NCBI RefSeq assembly: GCF_044704955.1
Contig: NC_091982.1
Coordinates: 175,274,001 to 175,338,000 of the forward strand
From: Pristiophorus japonicus
Lineage: Eukaryota
Length of the DNA: 64,000 bases
Direction of reading: 5' to 3'
Below the pieces are notes generated by a model. It searched no databases, had not been told where the DNA came from, and saw nothing but the letters and a program-made list of their open reading frames with translations. The position numbers were made by a program, and so were the translations under genes. Shown here piece by piece: positions 63,054-64,000 of this stretch; position 1 is the stretch's first letter, and each line of letters begins with the position of its first letter.

Positions 63054-64000
63054 TCACCTCCCCCCTTACGTCTTTTTGTGTCAAAGGTTAAGTCTTCCAG
63101 GTGGTCGATGCTCTCTCGTGGAGCGCCGCAGTTGGAGCTCTGGTGGCTGAGCCTCGGCATGCGTCTCTCACCTGAGGTGATTCCGGTCTGTCCGGGCTGG
63201 CCGCAGAGACTGCATGCTATGGACTGTCCTTGTTGCTCGTCCACTGGCAGTGGTGTGGGTGACATCTCCTGCTCTTCTTCAGGTTCCTCCGCGTCTATGC
63301 TGAACCTTTTCTTTACTTGGTCCAAGTGTTTGCGGCATATCTGCCCATTGTTTAGTCTGACCACTATGACCCTATTCCCTTCTTTTCCAATTACAGTGCC
63401 CTCAAGCCACTTGGGTCCCAAAGCATGGTTAAGAACAAATACCGGGTCATCCATTTCTATACACCCCCTTGAGTTTCGATCATGGAACTCGGTTTGGGAC
63501 TGGCGCTTGCCCTCAACAATGTCTACCAGGGCTGGGTGGATGAGGGACAGCCGCGTTTTAAGCGTGCGTTTCATGAGAAGTTCCGCTGGCGGGACTCCCG
63601 TGAGCGAGTGCGGGTGGGACCTGTAGGCCAGCAGGAGGCGTGATAGGCGGTACTGAAGGGAGGGTCCTTGGATGCGTAGCAATGCCCTGCTTTATGACTT
63701 GGACCGCACGTTCCGCCTGGCCATTGGAAGCCAGCTTGAATGCCGCTGTCTGGACGTGTTTGATACCATTGCCCGACATAAACTCCTGGAATTCATGGCT
63801 AGTGAAACATGGGCCATTGTCGCTGACCAGGATGTCCGGCAAGCCGTGGATCGCGAAAACCGTACACAGACTCTCCACGGTGATGGATGTCGTGCACGAG
63901 TTTAATATGATGCACTCGATCCATTTCGAGTATGCATTGACAACGATCAGGAACATTTTCCCCATGGATGGGCCCGCATAGTCTACGTGAATACGTGACC
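62778..64000 (-). mobile_element. Ty3/Gypsy element 3' end (integrase + 3' LTR), continues beyond the window
   Basis: Minus strand HVDYAGP, FLIVVNAYSKWIE, LPDILVSDNGPCFTS, ASNGQAERAVQ, then (frameshifted) LLAYRSHPHSLTGVPPAELLM and [21 protein letters not shown] precedes the LTR. Confidence 0.93.

Overview
Eukaryotic genomic DNA, almost certainly a cartilaginous fish (shark). This is inferred from SacSINE1/Deu-type SINEs and shark-type CR1, RTE and Penelope families. The window holds the 5' half of one protein-coding gene, ABCC5 (MRP5, ABC transporter subfamily C), on the minus strand: a CpG-rich promoter at about 55.6-56.5 kb, start codon at 54633, and 11 coding exons (1809 nt, 603 aa) from the N-terminus through TMD1 to the Walker A of NBD1 (3638). 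The gene continues off the left edge. All 11 exons were placed by hand on GT/AG sites and join in frame. The rest is intron and upstream DNA dense in transposable elements: CR1, L2 and RTE LINE fragments, Deu-domain tRNA SINEs, Penelope-like elements, two decayed Gypsy LTR elements, Tc1/pogo-type and PIF/Harbinger-type non-autonomous elements, and long purine-rich minisatellites. Most long ORFs in the track are repeat artefacts. The most notable observations are: (i) minimal hammerhead-ribozyme folds in the Penelope terminal repeats, every copy damaged in its core; (ii) a Harbinger-like family whose three adjacent copies share arms but carry different cargo in a slot bounded by outward-facing splice donors; (iii) a strikingly TE-poor ABCC5 intron 5 with candidate poison and cassette exons; (iv) a locally templated insertion at an RTE 5' junction. 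TE family names and boundaries are from recognition by eye and are approximate unless TSD or TIR coordinates are given.
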